Below, in pieces: positions 62,852 to 64,000 of a stretch of DNA of 64,000 nucleotides. This stretch comes from Prevotella sp. GTDB lineage: Bacteria > Bacteroidota > Bacteroidia > Bacteroidales > Dysgonomonadaceae. The notes beneath the pieces are model-generated. The model did not search any database. It was not told the origin of the DNA and saw nothing but the letters and a program-made list of their open reading frames with translations. The stretch covers positions 32,001 to 96,000 of the forward strand of contig JAITVV010000071.1 in NCBI GenBank assembly GCA_031285625.1, in the 5' to 3' direction. Made by a program: the position numbers and the translations under genes. Numbering within the stretch: the stretch's first letter is position 1; the number at the start of each line of letters is the position of its first letter.

Positions 62852-63073
62852 AATCAGAATCCGGTTCCTAAAACAACCGGATTTTTTATAAATAATAATA
62901 CAGAATCAACACTTTAGTAATTGTAACTTTATTTATGCAATTTTCTCTATATAATACAGATAATTAGCATATTATATCTATAAAGGTTACATTTGAAAAA
63001 CAGCCTTAAAAGTGTTACTTTTGTTACCTTTGCAGCTTACAGGCTGATTATAAATAAAATAACAAAATCAGGA

Positions 63074-64000
63074 ATGGCATCAGAAATAAACACCGCTCCA
63101 AAAGGACACCCTAAAGGTATATATCTGCTTTTTGCAACTGAGATGTGGGAACGTTTCAGCTATTATGGTATGCGGGCATTATTCTCTTTGTATATGCTCA
63201 ACGCCTTATTGTTCGATAAGGCATATAGCGGACAAATATATGGAAGTTATACAGGGCTGGTTTATCTGACTCCACTGATTGGAGGCTATGTTGCAGACCG
63301 CTATTGGGGCAACAGGCGTTCGATAATAGCAGGTGCTTTGCTGATGGCAATCGGCCAGTTTCTTTTATTCCTTTCAGGTTGCTTTTTTGAAAATGTAGAT
63401 ACAGCTACAATGCTGATGTTTTTAGGGCTTGGATTCCTCATTTTTGGTAATGGCTTTTTCAAACCCAATATTTCATCGATGGTGGGACAATTGTATGTTC
63501 CGGGTGATAGCCGTAAAGACTCAGCATATACTATATTTTATATGGGAGTGAATACGGGTTCGTTTATAGCTCCTTTGATCTGTGGTTTCTTTGGTGATAC
63601 AGGGCATCCTGCCGATTTCCGGTGGGGATTTCTGGCGGCATGTATTGGTATGCTGCTTGGTATGGTAACATTCATCCTGTTCAAAGACAAATATCTGCTT
63701 ACACCATCGGGTGAAGCAATAGGTGTGACTCCCAACAGTAAAGATATTAACAAAATAAAAAAGGAAAATCCTGTTGAGGGTATATCTGAAAGTAATAAAA
63801 AATCAAGCCTTAGATTGATATTGATTTGGGGAGCAATCTGGATAATTTTATTCTATCTGCTCTATGCGGTACTGGATACAGATGTGATTGGCTCTATTAT
63901 TTTCTCATTAACGGTTGTTGCGCCCGGATATATTATCTCAGATCCATCATTAACTAAGATAGAGCGCTCACGTATCTGGGTGATCTATATTATAGCCTTT
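63074..64000 (+). CDS. POT/PTR di-/tripeptide transporter (partial, runs off window end)
   Basis: MASEINTAPKGHPKGIYLLFATEMWERFSYYGMR (ExxERFxYY), GNGFFKPNIS, FYMGVNTG. Confidence 0.93.
   Translation, partial: MASEINTAPKGHPKGIYLLFATEMWERFSYYGMRALFSLYMLNALLFDKAYSGQIYGSYTGLVYLTPLIGGYVADRYWGNRRSIIAGALLMAIGQFLLFLSGCFFENVDTATMLMFLGLGFLIFGNGFFKPNISSMVGQLYVPGDSRKDSAYTIFYMGVNTGSFIAPLICGFFGDTGHPADFRWGFLAACIGMLLGMVTFILFKDKYLLTPSGEAIGVTPNSKDINKIKKENPVEGISESNKKSSLRLILIWGAIWIILFYLLYAVLDTDVIGSIIFSLTVVAPGYIISDPSLTKIERSRIWVIYIIAF

Noticed and set aside
1-64000. CRISPR array, rRNA, reverse transcriptase or retron
   Set aside because: No regularly spaced repeats, rRNA-like tracts or RT motifs seen by eye

Overview
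Chromosomal window from a Bacteroidales bacterium (Dysgonomonas-like, inferred from gene content, TAnnTTTG promoters and SusC/SusD loci). The first ~10 kb is a complete AT-rich integrative element inserted in the 3' end of the conserved DUF2795 gene (22-bp att repeats at 386-407 and 10413-10434). It encodes a tyrosine integrase, an excisionase-like HTH, a stand-alone NUMOD3 protein, a rolling-circle-type Rep, a structured-RNA-controlled lipoprotein operon, a serine resolvase and an unusual two-gene adenine methyltransferase + PD-(D/E)xK nuclease module (candidate defence system). The rest is host backbone: uvrA, an orphan Imm68, a radical SAM/SPASM-lipoprotein pair, a GH123-like gene with a SusR-like regulator, tRNA-Lys, a deletion-crippled ECF/FecR/SusC locus, an intact beta-1,6-glucan-type PUL (SusC/D, SGBP, 2x GH30, GH3), galE, glnS, coaBC, a divergent Tna/TPL-family lyase, thrC and transporters. 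A shared operator-like motif precedes three peptide/amino-acid utilisation genes. No CRISPR array or rRNA was seen. All family assignments come from recognising motifs by eye, not from database searches.
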